From: a virus
IMG/VR virus record: IMGVR_UViG_3300034071_001657
DNA: 64,000 nt
Direction: 5' to 3' (one strand)
The notes under the pieces are model-generated. The model saw only the letters and a list, made by a program, of their open reading frames with translations, had not been told where the DNA came from and ran no database searches. Below, one piece after another: positions 53,461-63,846 of the stretch (positions within the stretch are counted from its first letter, which is position 1; each line of letters opens with the position of its first letter). A program made the position numbers and the translations under genes.

Positions 53461-54866
53461 GCGACTTTAAAGCCGTCAAAATTCCTTTCTTTTCTCATAC
53501 GATTGCCGAAATTGCTCTTATCGAAAGCCGGAGAATCGTTCTGGCTCTGCCCACTGTCTGAGATATGATTCTGTGCAGACTGTTCGACATCATATAGTTT
53601 CATCTTCGCCCTGTCAACACCAATCACGAATCGTTTGTTTGTGTCTGGATTGCTATATCGATTCTTCAATTGCTTTACCATGATCTGATTGAGTTCGGCC
53701 AATTCTTCTGTAGAGATAAGTGCAAACATGAAGTCTGCTGTTGCTGGAAGACCAAATGATTCGCTAGTGTCAGTCAATTCAACGTCAGAGTTAGAATAGC
53801 CAGACCTTGTTGTTTGTGTTGCTGATACGATGGGCAAGCCAAACTCTACAGCAAGACCTCGCAATTCTTCTGCAATTGCTTTGATGTAACTGTATGAGTT
53901 TACGTTAGAGCCTTGTTTGATTCTAGACGATGAGCAAATATTCAGATAGTCGATATAGATAATGTCAGGCATGAATTGTTTTTTGAGTTTCAATTCGTTC
54001 AACAAATGCCTGAAGTGAGACACGTTAGCTGATGCCGTTGGATATTCTTTGATGATAAGCTTACCCAAAGTTTTTTCTTTAAGCTTCTCAATCTTTTTAA
54101 TGTAAACATCTTTTGGTATGCTGATGAGTCTATCTAAATCAATATTCAATAGATTTGCGTCAATTCTTTCTGCAATTCGTTCTTCGGCCATCTCAAGTGT
54201 AATGTATAACACATTCTTGCCTAGAGTCAGATTTGCTGCTGCACAATGACACATGAACAAAGATTTACCGACGCCAGTGCCTGCAAGAATGATATTCAAA
54301 GTTTTATCTGGTATGCCATTCTTTGTGATGCGATTGAAATAATCTAGATCAAAAGGTGTTCTTCTTTCAAGCTTGTGATAAAATTCGTATCGACGTTCAG
54401 CATCATCAATGAAATCATGACCAATGTGATTGTCAAAAGAAACCGCAAGTGCATCGGATAGAATGTTAGGTATCGATCCTTTATCTTTTTTGCTTTCTTT
54501 TGTGTGGTCGAGAATCTGAATGCTTTCCATAATCGCATTGTAGATTGCTTTCTCTTGACAAAACTTTTCAGTTTCATCGATGAGCCAATCTCGATCATTG
54601 GCTTCGCATTCAGAATTTATCTCGCCAATAAGAGAAACAGTTTTTTTGTATTGCTCTTCTTTTAGATCATTACGATTTGAAATCTCAATTTGAATCGCGT
54701 CTGCGGTTGGTGTGCCATTGTATTTGAGAATAAATTTCTTGCATTCTTCAAATACAATTCTTTCGTTGACATCTTGAAAATACTCAGACTTTAGAAATGG
54801 TATCGTTCGGCGAACGTACTCATCATCCTTGATCAACCTCTGAAGTATTTTCTTTTCTAGATTCAT
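53457..54866 (-). CDS. 41: replicative DNA helicase (T4 gp41)
   Basis: AGTGVGKS, LEMAEERI, IKEYPT, DYLNIC, SESFGLPATAD, KQLKNRY. Confidence 0.97.
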   Translation of the reverse strand: MNLEKKILQRLIKDDEYVRRTIPFLKSEYFQDVNERIVFEECKKFILKYNGTPTADAIQIEISNRNDLKEEQYKKTVSLIGEINSECEANDRDWLIDETEKFCQEKAIYNAIMESIQILDHTKESKKDKGSIPNILSDALAVSFDNHIGHDFIDDAERRYEFYHKLERRTPFDLDYFNRITKNGIPDKTLNIILAGTGVGKSLFMCHCAAANLTLGKNVLYITLEMAEERIAERIDANLLNIDLDRLISIPKDVYIKKIEKLKEKTLGKLIIKEYPTASANVSHFRHLLNELKLKKQFMPDIIYIDYLNICSSSRIKQGSNVNSYSYIKAIAEELRGLAVEFGLPIVSATQTTRSGYSNSDVELTDTSESFGLPATADFMFALISTEELAELNQIMVKQLKNRYSNPDTNKRFVIGVDRAKMKLYDVEQSAQNHISDSGQSQNDSPAFDKSNFGNRMRKERNFDGFKVA

Positions 54867-55164
54867 TGTAATTCCTTTCCATTTCAGCACCGAGAACAGT
54901 CTCTAAAAGAGAGTTCATAATTTTCTCAATGACAATTTCAAATTCTTTCTTTAAAAACTCATCTTCTAGGAGTTTAGAATTTTCAATTATAGCATAATCA
55001 AATGAAATTGTCGCGCGTTCACTCTCTTCATTGACGGAAATAGAACCAAAATTAAATTTGGTTCCTTTAAACTCTCCAGTCAAAATCTCTATGCATGCCA
55101 CATCATTTTCGTTTTTATAAGTTCCAAAATCGTCTGTGATTTTGAAATCTTTATTGTAAATCAT
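54823..55164 (-). CDS. gp40-like protein
   Basis: synteny between uvsX and 41. Confidence 0.55.
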   Translation of the reverse strand: MIYNKDFKITDDFGTYKNENDVACIEILTGEFKGTKFNFGSISVNEESERATISFDYAIIENSKLLEDEFLKKEFEIVIEKIMNSLLETVLGAEMERNYNESRKENTSEVDQG

Positions 55165-56212
55165 TTTCAACCTCTTCATCTTCAATTGGTTCTTGATCTT
55201 GCCCATACAAGAATTCTTTACGGCAAGCTTCATCGATTCTGTCTAGAAGTTCTTTCGTAAAATACTTCTCAGGCTCTTCGTTGATATTCTTGCCAAAGAT
55301 TTTTGTGCCATCTGGCAATTCATATCGAGTCGAAACTTTCTTGATGATTTCGTATTTCTCTGCAATGTCAAGCAAACCGTAATAGCGATCTAGACCTTTG
55401 CTGTATGTGATTCGAATCTCAACATTAGAGTTTTCTTTTGTGAATCGAGACTTAATGAGTTTTGCTTTGACGATGTTGCCAACTACATCAGTGCCGTCTT
55501 TGTCTTTCTTCTTGGTCAGAAAAACAATCGTTGATGCGGTGTACTTAAGACCAGAGCCACCACTCATTTCTTTTGTGGGAATGTATGCACCAACTACATC
55601 GTAAACGTGATTAGTCACAATCAAAGGCACGCCAATCTTTGCAAGCTTCAAATTCAAAACTCGAAACGTTGCTTTGAGAATTGACGCCTTAGTCATGTCT
55701 TTCGTTTCTTTACCTTCGATGGTGTCTTCCATCTCTTTTGTTGAAGAGAGTTGACCGAGAGAGTCTAGAACCATCATCATAGGTTGGCGCTTGCCCTCTG
55801 ATTGAGTAGAATACTTATCAATGATTTGAAGTGCAGTATGCCTAAATTTCTGAATTGTATCTGGCTCAGAGATAACGATACGTTTGGTATCAATGCCTCG
55901 TTGTTCCATCATGTATTTTGTGACGGCTGCTTCAGTGTCAAAGTAAATCACGCCACCTGTGGGATTCGCATCAAGGAATTGCTTTACAATTCCTAAGACG
56001 AAGAACGTTTTTCCTGTTGCGCTTTCTCCTGCGAATGCGGTGACCTTGTTGTTCGGTACCCCTCCATAAATGCTTCCACTAAGGAGAGCATTGAGCGCGT
56101 AAGACCCCGTATCAATACACCCCGTGAATTCTGCTGAGGCTCCACCTTCTGAAAGAATTTTTGTGTCTTCATCTTTCAATTGCTCCACCAATGATGAGAA
56201 AAAATTGCTCAT
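55151..56212 (-). CDS. uvsX: RecA-like recombinase UvsX
   Basis: [35 protein letters not shown]. Confidence 0.96.
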   Translation of the reverse strand: MSNFFSSLVEQLKDEDTKILSEGGASAEFTGCIDTGSYALNALLSGSIYGGVPNNKVTAFAGESATGKTFFVLGIVKQFLDANPTGGVIYFDTEAAVTKYMMEQRGIDTKRIVISEPDTIQKFRHTALQIIDKYSTQSEGKRQPMMMVLDSLGQLSSTKEMEDTIEGKETKDMTKASILKATFRVLNLKLAKIGVPLIVTNHVYDVVGAYIPTKEMSGGSGLKYTASTIVFLTKKKDKDGTDVVGNIVKAKLIKSRFTKENSNVEIRITYSKGLDRYYGLLDIAEKYEIIKKVSTRYELPDGTKIFGKNINEEPEKYFTKELLDRIDEACRKEFLYGQDQEPIEDEEVENDLQ

Positions 56213-56221
56213 ATCAAACTC

Positions 56222-57082
56222 CTATTCAACGCGACTGATTTTTGTCGCCTTTTCGATTTCATCTTTGTTCATTGCAATCGGCCCCATGGCAGTCATGTTG
56301 ATTGGTATATCAATCTTCACTTCTGGTTGCTTTCTCAATTTACTTATGTTGTAATTTGTTGCAATGACCATGAGAACGGCTAAAGGATCAAATACTAACA
56401 CCAATAGTATTATAACAAATCTGACAGCAGAATCCAAGTGATCTTTGGCTTGTTCGCCATAAATCAGTTCGGCAATGTATTTTAACGGGCCGACCTCGGC
56501 TTCCACTTTGCGTATTTCTGTGCGAAGAGGGGATGATTCTTCACGAAGAGCAGCAATAATTTTTTGGTTGGCTTCAATCTCTTTGGCCAGAGTATTCCTG
56601 TCACGCTGTTGAGCATTACGAATAGCCATGCTCCGCGCGGCCCCTTGCTCTGTTGTGCTCCGTGCCAAGACTTGTTCAACTGCTTCATCCAACTGTTTAA
56701 GTTGCCTGCGGAAACTATTAATGTTTTCCTCGGCCACTTTGATCTTGTCATCATAAATTGCCACCTTTGCTATAAGTTCTGAAGTTCCAGAAGTTTGATC
56801 GATGTGTGCTTTTGATAGATATCCAAAAATGCCTAACGATGTAATCAACATCAATATTACAACCGCTACCGTAAAATAATACTTCAATGCAATTGGAGAA
56901 TCTTTCCAATTTCTATAGAGCCAACTTGCTGTGACTAGCTTTGCAATTTCTAACGATGCACCCATCACCGCAACTGGTATTGGTGCTCCTGCGAATATTG
57001 CAATCAAACCTACAATCGAATAATATGCCGCTATGCCAGATAATGTAAATGCTGTAAATAAAAGTATAGCAATAAAAAACAT
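56222..57082 (-). CDS. multi-TM coiled-coil membrane protein
   Basis: AAYYSIVGL, LEIAKLV, ITSLGIFGYLSKAH, EVGPLKYIA, VFDPLA. Confidence 0.75.
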   Translation of the reverse strand: MFFIAILLFTAFTLSGIAAYYSIVGLIAIFAGAPIPVAVMGASLEIAKLVTASWLYRNWKDSPIALKYYFTVAVVILMLITSLGIFGYLSKAHIDQTSGTSELIAKVAIYDDKIKVAEENINSFRRQLKQLDEAVEQVLARSTTEQGAARSMAIRNAQQRDRNTLAKEIEANQKIIAALREESSPLRTEIRKVEAEVGPLKYIAELIYGEQAKDHLDSAVRFVIILLVLVFDPLAVLMVIATNYNISKLRKQPEVKIDIPINMTAMGPIAMNKDEIEKATKISRVE

Positions 57083-57492
57083 TACTCGGAAGTACCTCTT
57101 GTGAGAATGAGAATTTTATCGATCTGTTCTTGAATCTTGTCTTTACGATTTGGCCAGTAGATATATTCCTTATCAGGATTCTTCATTAGATTTACCAGCA
57201 AAGGAATAATCATTTTCTCTAACTCAAGAAGTTTTTCTGATGTTTCTTTTTGTAATTGTTGACGTTCGACATCAAGACCAAGCTTGCCTTGATTATATAG
57301 CTCAAAGATTCGATCTAGCTTATCATTGATGCCATTGAGCATTTCATTGGATGTTGAAACAGTCTCACGAATAATTTTCGTTTCTAATGTGTTCTCATCA
57401 ACAGTCTGTGTGACCTCGTTTTCATCAACTGCACTGAATCCGAAATCTTCTTGCGACCGTAACACCAAATATTCTGAAGGTATTTTATTCAT
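57082..57492 (-). CDS. conserved hypothetical protein
   Basis: DFGFSAVDE, PLLVNLMKNPDKEYIYWPNR. Confidence 0.75.
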   Translation of the reverse strand: MNKIPSEYLVLRSQEDFGFSAVDENEVTQTVDENTLETKIIRETVSTSNEMLNGINDKLDRIFELYNQGKLGLDVERQQLQKETSEKLLELEKMIIPLLVNLMKNPDKEYIYWPNRKDKIQEQIDKILILTRGTSE

Positions 57493-59990
57493 TTGAAAAA
57501 TCCTAGCAGTGAAGAGGTTGGTTCAATCGACCAACCAAATGTCGATACAATGCCTTTCAATGGTTCCAAATAAGTCTTTTCGAATTGTGTTTCGTAGTCA
57601 ATATATTTTTCCATATCAAACTCTTTTGGCAACACGGTAAGAACAGACAACACATTCTCATGAACTGGGTTTGGAACTTTCATGTAACAAAACTTAATTT
57701 TGTCACCATCATTGATTTGTTGATACTTCTTAGTTAGCTTGTGCTTCTCAAGCAATGCATTGTAAATGATAGAGCCACGAACATGAATTGGTGTGCCCTT
57801 TGCGTAAAAAGTATTCTTGCCTTTCTCAGTGTATTTAGTAATGTCACTGACACCTCGAGGAAACGCAACGTCTTCGAATGGCAACGTTTTGAATTCTTTT
57901 TTGAAGTCAGCGACAAAGGTTTGAAATTCTTTTTCGTTGCCTTTCATAATAATTTTTAGCGCATCTTTAATCTTGTCTCGGCACATCATAGGCGTAGAAG
58001 ACTTGACCGCTTCAATGCCCATCATCTTAAGCTTAGGCTCAGTGTATCGAACGCCTTCATTGTCCCAGACGTTTAGAATGTAATGCTTCTTTGCGGTCCA
58101 GATGCCAGTGTCGGCAATCGTTTCTCGCTTCATGAACATCTTCTGATCGTAGGCATTCATATAGTCTGCCAATTGCTGATACGATTTGTCAATGAACGGT
58201 TGCAACTTATCTTCACACACTTTGTCTAGAAAGATTACAATCTTTTCTTTTGGTGTGTCTTTGTTGTATAGCTTTTGCACCAACGGTCCGAGATTCAGAT
58301 AGATTGAATCGGTATCAGATGCAATTACATAATCGACATCATCGGTACTCAGTATCTTGTTCAAATACTGATTCATTTTCTTTTCGATCCAACGAATAGA
58401 AAGTTGACCCGAGAGTGTGATTGCTTCTGCTTGTCGAATGTCAAAGAAACGAAAGTATTCGTTGCCTAGCGCACCATATGCTGAGTTCAGTTGAACTTTC
58501 TTAGCTAACTGAAGATTCTTATACTTTGAAATTTGATTTTCAATTTCAAACTTTTCTTTTTTCGTTGTGGCTGTTTCTTTTTTCTTTTGCCATTCGATCA
58601 TTAGTTTTTTGTACTTTGATCGATCTTCATACATTCGCTCCATCATCTCAGGCAGAAAGCCTTGAACATCTTTGCGAAAGAAGTGTCCATTCGCTGCCAT
58701 GCAATATTCGCCGTCAGGCTCATATTCATTGTTCAGCAAATTATCAACTGATACTGATTGATACTTGCCATCAACGATTGTGTCTGGTGACACATTGTAT
58801 TGCATAATGAGGTGCGGATAAAGAGAATTCAAATCGAATGATACAACCCAATCATACATTCCGACCTTTGGTTCTTTGACATAAGCACCAGCATACTGAG
58901 CATTCTTAGATGAAACTTTTTTCTGCGGTACAACGATGCCTTTCTTTATCAGATGATTGTGTGTTAGTGTGTCCCACATTCTCACTTGTGTAAAGACATC
59001 GGTGAGATTCACTTTCGCATCATATGCAAGGGCTAACACCATGTCAAGAAACTTCATCTTGTCATCGATACGACCAACCAGTTCAACGTCTTTGATGTTA
59101 TACTCAATAAACTTTTGAAAGTTCAATCGATATAACTGATGAAGATTTTCAAACTCGCTGTAATCAAGTTTCTTTTCGCCAAGTTCTACAAATGCAATGT
59201 GATTCAGACTAAAGCTTTCTTGCTGAGAGTAAGTAAACTTTTTGTATAGCTCAATGTAATCAAGAATAGCAATGCCGACAAGATCAAACGCAGTTTGTTG
59301 TCTGTTATGAATTGTTGTTGTTCGTTCACCAATCATCTTCCAAGGCGACAATCTCTTGGCAGTGTTCTCACCCATCAATCGATTGATTCGATTATACAGA
59401 TACGGAATATCAAAGAACTGAATGTTCCAGCCAGTCACAATGTCTGGTGATTCAATCTCCCAAGTCTCAAGAAATTTCATGATGAGACTATTCTCATCGC
59501 GGCATTTGAAGTAGACTACATCGTCACGATGATTTGTGAAGTCTCCGCAGCCGAACACCATGAACTTGTTTTGAATCTTGAATGTGATTGCAGTGATTGG
59601 TTCACTCGCCACTGATGGCTCTGGAAAGCCATTCTCTGATCCGACCTCAATGTCTAGATTGGCAATTCGAATGTATGAGGTGTCGTATGGAACTTCATTC
59701 GGATACTGTTCATTGATATAGACATAAGCGAAGTTTGTCGATCCATATATCTCGAAATTCTCTACGCCCTCATACTTTCGAATAAAATCGCTGGCATCTC
59801 GCATCGTTCCGAGTTCAATGGGCGAAACTGATTTGCCAAAGAGAGTCTTGTATTCAGACTCTTTGCCTGGCTTTGATGGCACGAACAGAATTGGATTATA
59901 TTCTTTTCTGATTTGAAAACGTTTACCGTTCTCATACCCACGCTCAAGAATATAATTTCCTGCTCGACTGAAGTGAGTGTAAAATTTCAT
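57489..59990 (-). CDS. 43: family B DNA polymerase (T4 gp43)
   Basis: DIEV exo I, SFDLNSLYP, K..LNSAYG, DTDS. Confidence 0.98.
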   Translation of the reverse strand: MKFYTHFSRAGNYILERGYENGKRFQIRKEYNPILFVPSKPGKESEYKTLFGKSVSPIELGTMRDASDFIRKYEGVENFEIYGSTNFAYVYINEQYPNEVPYDTSYIRIANLDIEVGSENGFPEPSVASEPITAITFKIQNKFMVFGCGDFTNHRDDVVYFKCRDENSLIMKFLETWEIESPDIVTGWNIQFFDIPYLYNRINRLMGENTAKRLSPWKMIGERTTTIHNRQQTAFDLVGIAILDYIELYKKFTYSQQESFSLNHIAFVELGEKKLDYSEFENLHQLYRLNFQKFIEYNIKDVELVGRIDDKMKFLDMVLALAYDAKVNLTDVFTQVRMWDTLTHNHLIKKGIVVPQKKVSSKNAQYAGAYVKEPKVGMYDWVVSFDLNSLYPHLIMQYNVSPDTIVDGKYQSVSVDNLLNNEYEPDGEYCMAANGHFFRKDVQGFLPEMMERMYEDRSKYKKLMIEWQKKKETATTKKEKFEIENQISKYKNLQLAKKVQLNSAYGALGNEYFRFFDIRQAEAITLSGQLSIRWIEKKMNQYLNKILSTDDVDYVIASDTDSIYLNLGPLVQKLYNKDTPKEKIVIFLDKVCEDKLQPFIDKSYQQLADYMNAYDQKMFMKRETIADTGIWTAKKHYILNVWDNEGVRYTEPKLKMMGIEAVKSSTPMMCRDKIKDALKIIMKGNEKEFQTFVADFKKEFKTLPFEDVAFPRGVSDITKYTEKGKNTFYAKGTPIHVRGSIIYNALLEKHKLTKKYQQINDGDKIKFCYMKVPNPVHENVLSVLTVLPKEFDMEKYIDYETQFEKTYLEPLKGIVSTFGWSIEPTSSLLGFFK

Positions 59991-60289
59991 TAGACAATGA
60001 GATTATTTTTTGCTACGACAATTCCTGCACCGAAGATTTCATTGTACTTGTTTTGAATGTTGATGTCAACACCAGCGATATAGATGATAAAGTCTCGACT
60101 GATTTTGACTGATTTGTCTTCCGAGAACATAAGCATTGGTTGCATGTTCAATCCTGGCTTGCCATTGGCTGCCATGGCAAGACCTAGAAGACAAGGATTT
60201 TCAATGTGAATATTGTTTTGATCTTGGTCTTTGATAACGCCAACAAAATCTTCACCTGTGATCAATTTGAACAATCTAACGTCGCTCAT
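59990..60289 (-). CDS. Sm-like fold hypothetical protein
   Basis: LFKLITGED...IENP. Confidence 0.65.
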   Translation of the reverse strand: MSDVRLFKLITGEDFVGVIKDQDQNNIHIENPCLLGLAMAANGKPGLNMQPMLMFSEDKSVKISRDFIIYIAGVDINIQNKYNEIFGAGIVVAKNNLIV

Positions 60290-60308
60290 AATAACTCCAT
60301 GAAATTAG

Positions 60309-60329
60309 AAGGGGGCTTGCGCCCCCTAT
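60309..60329. terminator. hairpin after hsp20
   Basis: AGGGGGC-TTGC-GCCCCCT. Confidence 0.6.
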
Positions 60330-60331
60330 TT

Positions 60332-60823
60332 TTATTCTGCTAGAAGTTGTTTCTCTTTAGCAGGTTTGCTTGCAGTAGTTTCCTTGACTGCAATTTTCTT
60401 TGGCTTTTTATGTTCTGGAATGAACATGTCAAGCCAGATGCGAAGCATGCCGTTAATCATCTCGGCATCTTTAACTTCCAAGTTGTCGTTCAGTAAGAAC
60501 GTTCTTGTGAAGTTACGATTTGCAATGCCTTTGTAAATCCAATGATCAACTTCTGCGTCATCTTTTGATGTTCCCTTGACAACTAGTTTGCCGTCAACAA
60601 GTTCGATTTCAATTTCAGACTTGCTAAATCCAGCAACAGCAAGTTCGATAATGTATCGATCTTCAGCAACTTTTTTAATGTTATATGGGGGATAGTTTGG
60701 AATACCTTTGGTCAAATCGTCGTGCATTTTTGCTAGACGGTTGTATTGATCATCGAAACCGACATAGAGTTTATCGAAATCTTTGAACAAGTCGCGGCCA
60801 AATACATCTTTGAGATATGTCAT
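60332..60823 (-). CDS. hsp20: small heat shock protein (Hsp20/IbpA-like)
   Basis: NYPPYNI, IELAVAGF, GIANRNFTRTF, NGMLRI. Confidence 0.96.
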   Translation of the reverse strand: MTYLKDVFGRDLFKDFDKLYVGFDDQYNRLAKMHDDLTKGIPNYPPYNIKKVAEDRYIIELAVAGFSKSEIEIELVDGKLVVKGTSKDDAEVDHWIYKGIANRNFTRTFLLNDNLEVKDAEMINGMLRIWLDMFIPEHKKPKKIAVKETTASKPAKEKQLLAE

Positions 60824-60845
60824 TTTAGTCTCCTTTTAAGCAAGA

Positions 60846-60989
60846 TTAAACTTTGACGTATTCGTCTTTGTGGCATCCGCAGTCTGGACAGAGCCAAAAC
60901 TGAGGAAGGTCTTTCCACTTTTTACCTTCTTTTTCTTCATCGTACTCATGACCACAAACATCACACACATATACTTCATATGATTCCAT
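60846..60989 (-). CDS. rubredoxin (47 aa, missed by ORF track)
   Basis: MESYEVYVCDVCGHEYDEEKEGKKWKDLPQFWLCPDCGCHKDEYVKV; AAGGAG SD. Confidence 0.88.
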   Translation of the reverse strand: MESYEVYVCDVCGHEYDEEKEGKKWKDLPQFWLCPDCGCHKDEYVKV

Positions 60990-61017
60990 GATTTCTCCTT
61001 TTCAGCGAGATAAAAAT

Positions 61018-61111
61018 TGTCACCCCGAAGGCGTGACAGGCAGTTTTACCTAGGGTGCCCAGCCTAGTCCCATCCCGAATGAGATGGTCTAGTATGTATT
61101 TATACTAGACC
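61018..61111 (-). promoter_or_regulatory. late promoter within palindrome plus structured 5' leader
   Basis: TATAAATA 61097-61104 inside GGTCTAGTAT/ATACTAGACC; hairpins and a pseudoknot downstream. Confidence 0.65.
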
Positions 61112-61124
61112 AGGTGATGCTAGA

Positions 61125-61352
61125 TCACGATTGCCATGCCATCCGACGGGAAATGAAGTATACGGTGCGGCCGCTCTTGTTTTGTTCGGTGCGAATGCGA
61201 TAACCTTCTTGACGAAGTTCGCTCATGCGGGCACGGAGATTACCGATGCCGAAGAGTGCGCGGGCTTGAGGTGCGGTGAGGCCGCGATTCTTGCCGCGAA
61301 GGAAGGTGACGAGGGTTTGGTTCTGGGTCATGCTGGTTTTAACGAATGCCAT
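61125..61352 (-). CDS. winged helix-turn-helix DNA-binding protein
   Basis: LTAPQARALFGIGNLRARMSELRQEGYRI. Confidence 0.8.
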   Translation of the reverse strand: MAFVKTSMTQNQTLVTFLRGKNRGLTAPQARALFGIGNLRARMSELRQEGYRIRTEQNKSGRTVYFISRRMAWQS

Positions 61353-61448
61353 AATTATACTCCGTTTCAAATCAAGTTAAGAATTAGTGCTGTCTTTGCA
61401 CTGTTATAATTCTCTCATAATTTATATGAGAAGTCAAACAATTTTCGG

Positions 61449-61886
61449 TTAACGTTTCATTGTTGCCGAAAACATCCAAATGTGCTTCGATAGAGCATCG
61501 ATCCGACCGGCGATAAAGTCGCTCAGGCCATAAGTTTTGCTCTGCTCAGAGAGTTCAAAGAGAGGAATTAGTTGTGCTTTGCAGGTATTGAGGTCTTGAA
61601 GAGTTCTAGAAATCATCGTCATTGCATCGGCTACCATTATTTCGTCGGCAATCTGAGACAACTCGGTGAATCTGGAAAAACTTCCTGGTGTGTATGCACC
61701 CAAGGCACGAATTTCTTCGGCAAAAACGTCAACACTATCTGAAATTTCTTGATAAAGTTCACCGAAAAGCTTGTGATACTGCACAAAGTCTGGACCTTCT
61801 ACGTTCCAATGATAGTTTTGTGCTTTCAATTGTAGTGCGTATGCATTTGCTAGGGCAATTTTCATACCTTGAATAAGTTCTTCCAT
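61449..61886 (-). CDS. dps: Dps / ferritin-like DNA starvation protein
   Basis: KAQNYHWNVEGPDF.QYH.LF...D.FAEEIR.LG, KHIWM. Confidence 0.93.
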   Translation of the reverse strand: MEELIQGMKIALANAYALQLKAQNYHWNVEGPDFVQYHKLFGELYQEISDSVDVFAEEIRALGAYTPGSFSRFTELSQIADEIMVADAMTMISRTLQDLNTCKAQLIPLFELSEQSKTYGLSDFIAGRIDALSKHIWMFSATMKR

Positions 61887-61933
61887 TATGTTTCCTTTAA
61901 AGTTTCGAGTATAACTTATTTATGATCGAATGT

Positions 61934-63112
61934 CTATAGTCCGTATCGACTTCTAGAAGAAATATAGTTTTGATAAATTTCGGATGCGGTCAATGCCCTA
62001 TTATAAATTCGAACGTCTGATAATCGACCTGGAAACGCACTATCGCCTGAAGTATTTTGTGCACCAATCGCAATATCCATATTTCCAGAAGATGTTATTG
62101 ATTTCCCCGCATCATTAGCAGAAGCGTTTAATACTCCGTTGAAATAAGTTTTCAGTCCAACATTATCATAAACTCCTGTGATATGATGCCATACATTAGT
62201 GGATAAAGTTTGACCACCATCTATTGCGTAAACCCCAGACACACCACCATCATATTGCCAAAATATTCTACTGCTAGGATTAATTAGTAAACATATTCCA
62301 TTTTCTACATTCACTTTATTAGATATAATACCCGCCCAATAATTCGGCGCGGAAGTTCTATAAACCCAAGCTGAAAAAGTACAAGAATTTCCGATCAAAA
62401 AGTTCATTCCATTTGTGATGTATCCAAAATCATTTGTTCCGTCAAGAACTAATGCTCCACTATTGTTTGAATTATATGATAAACCATTTGTTAAAATTAA
62501 ATGATTATTTCTTCCACTTAAATCCAACATTGAGGGAAAAGTTCCTCTTTCCATTTTCAAGTTTGTATAGTATCGATATCCTGTGTATGCACTACCACCA
62601 TATCCAACGAACCAAGCAAAATCATTATTGTAATCACTCGGTGTGGTGATTAGATCATAACAATACTTCCAAGTAATGCCGTTCACAACAACCGTTTTTA
62701 AAACTGTTCCTATACCAATTCCAAGTGCAACGTGTGCGCCAGAACTACTATGTGCCCTACAGTGAAACATTCTGCTTCCGTCTGCGCAACTATAGTCACT
62801 AGATTCTGCATACCAACCACTTAAACAGTATGCTGTACTTGCAACTAATTGTGATGTAAGGTTGATTTGATATTCGGTATAAGCAACAGTGCCTGTCTGT
62901 CTTAGTACAAACGCACTGTCTCCAGGATTAGGAAACGCAATTACTTCATTCGTTGGATTACTACCACTCTCGTAAGGCATACCAGAGCCATCACCAAACG
63001 CACTATTGGTATAGAAGTTTGATGAAAAGACTGTTTGGTTTTTGATTGTTCCTGCATCCATGCAGAAAACTAAACCATTAGCGACTCCGTTTGGTCCTGA
63101 TGAAGAACTCAT
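61934..63112 (-). CDS. LamG/concanavalin A-like domain protein
   Basis: GLVFCMDAG, DLSGRNNH, WHHITGVYD, IYNRALTASEI, RYGL. Confidence 0.85.
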   Translation of the reverse strand: MSSSSGPNGVANGLVFCMDAGTIKNQTVFSSNFYTNSAFGDGSGMPYESGSNPTNEVIAFPNPGDSAFVLRQTGTVAYTEYQINLTSQLVASTAYCLSGWYAESSDYSCADGSRMFHCRAHSSSGAHVALGIGIGTVLKTVVVNGITWKYCYDLITTPSDYNNDFAWFVGYGGSAYTGYRYYTNLKMERGTFPSMLDLSGRNNHLILTNGLSYNSNNSGALVLDGTNDFGYITNGMNFLIGNSCTFSAWVYRTSAPNYWAGIISNKVNVENGICLLINPSSRIFWQYDGGVSGVYAIDGGQTLSTNVWHHITGVYDNVGLKTYFNGVLNASANDAGKSITSSGNMDIAIGAQNTSGDSAFPGRLSDVRIYNRALTASEIYQNYISSRSRYGL

Positions 63113-63846
63113 AGTCCGTATCTTCCTTTCCAAGAAATCCAATTCGACGATACTTCAGTTTGAGTAAATGGAAAATTGTAGACTTTTATTGTTGAGCGTC
63201 TACCAAAAAATTTCCATCCGTATAGTGTTCCGAACAAGCATCCGCCACCATCATAAACACTAGTTCCTGAAGTATTATTTGTATTTCCTGTTCCTATTAA
63301 ATTTCCATTTATATAAAACGAAAAAGTGTTTGCTGATCTATTCCAAACCATTGTTCTAAGTCGCCATGTGTTAAATGTATTATATGGGCTAGGGACAGTA
63401 AAGATAATTTCGTCTTCATACGATCCACCAGAACTGCTTGACATGCCCATTTTAAAAGAGCCTACACCTATACCATGTTGCCAATCAAATCCTGTCGCTC
63501 CACCACCATAGGCACTATCACTTACAACAGACCCGCCGTCGGCCTCTGGATAATTCGTTGAATATGTATATACAGATTCCTCTATTGTCCATCCTCCAGT
63601 AGTTGTACTGAAAGTATTATTAATAGTTGTAGAATTTGATGTTGAGATATAAAAAAAATCAGAAGTATTAGAAGAATTTTGAAGCCATGTATTCGACTTC
63701 TCTCCCAGATTAATTGTTCCATGATTGCCATTTCCGCTCAGATCATACCATGTGGTTCCACTTCCTGGATAGCTTTTAACATTAGCGGCATCATACGACA
63801 AAATCAGTCCCGACAACACCGTTTTTGCTCCATGAAACAAGCTCAT
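63109..63846 (-). CDS. LamG/concanavalin A-like domain protein
   Basis: GLILSYDAAN.KSYPGSGTTWYDLSGNGNH, ends GRYGL. Confidence 0.85.
   Translation of the reverse strand: MSLFHGAKTVLSGLILSYDAANVKSYPGSGTTWYDLSGNGNHGTINLGEKSNTWLQNSSNTSDFFYISTSNSTTINNTFSTTTGGWTIEESVYTYSTNYPEADGGSVVSDSAYGGGATGFDWQHGIGVGSFKMGMSSSSGGSYEDEIIFTVPSPYNTFNTWRLRTMVWNRSANTFSFYINGNLIGTGNTNNTSGTSVYDGGGCLFGTLYGWKFFGRRSTIKVYNFPFTQTEVSSNWISWKGRYGL

Noticed and set aside
31755-59990. Introns or inteins in nrdA, nrdB, thyX, gp41, uvsX, gp43
   Set aside because: All are uninterrupted and of normal or short length.
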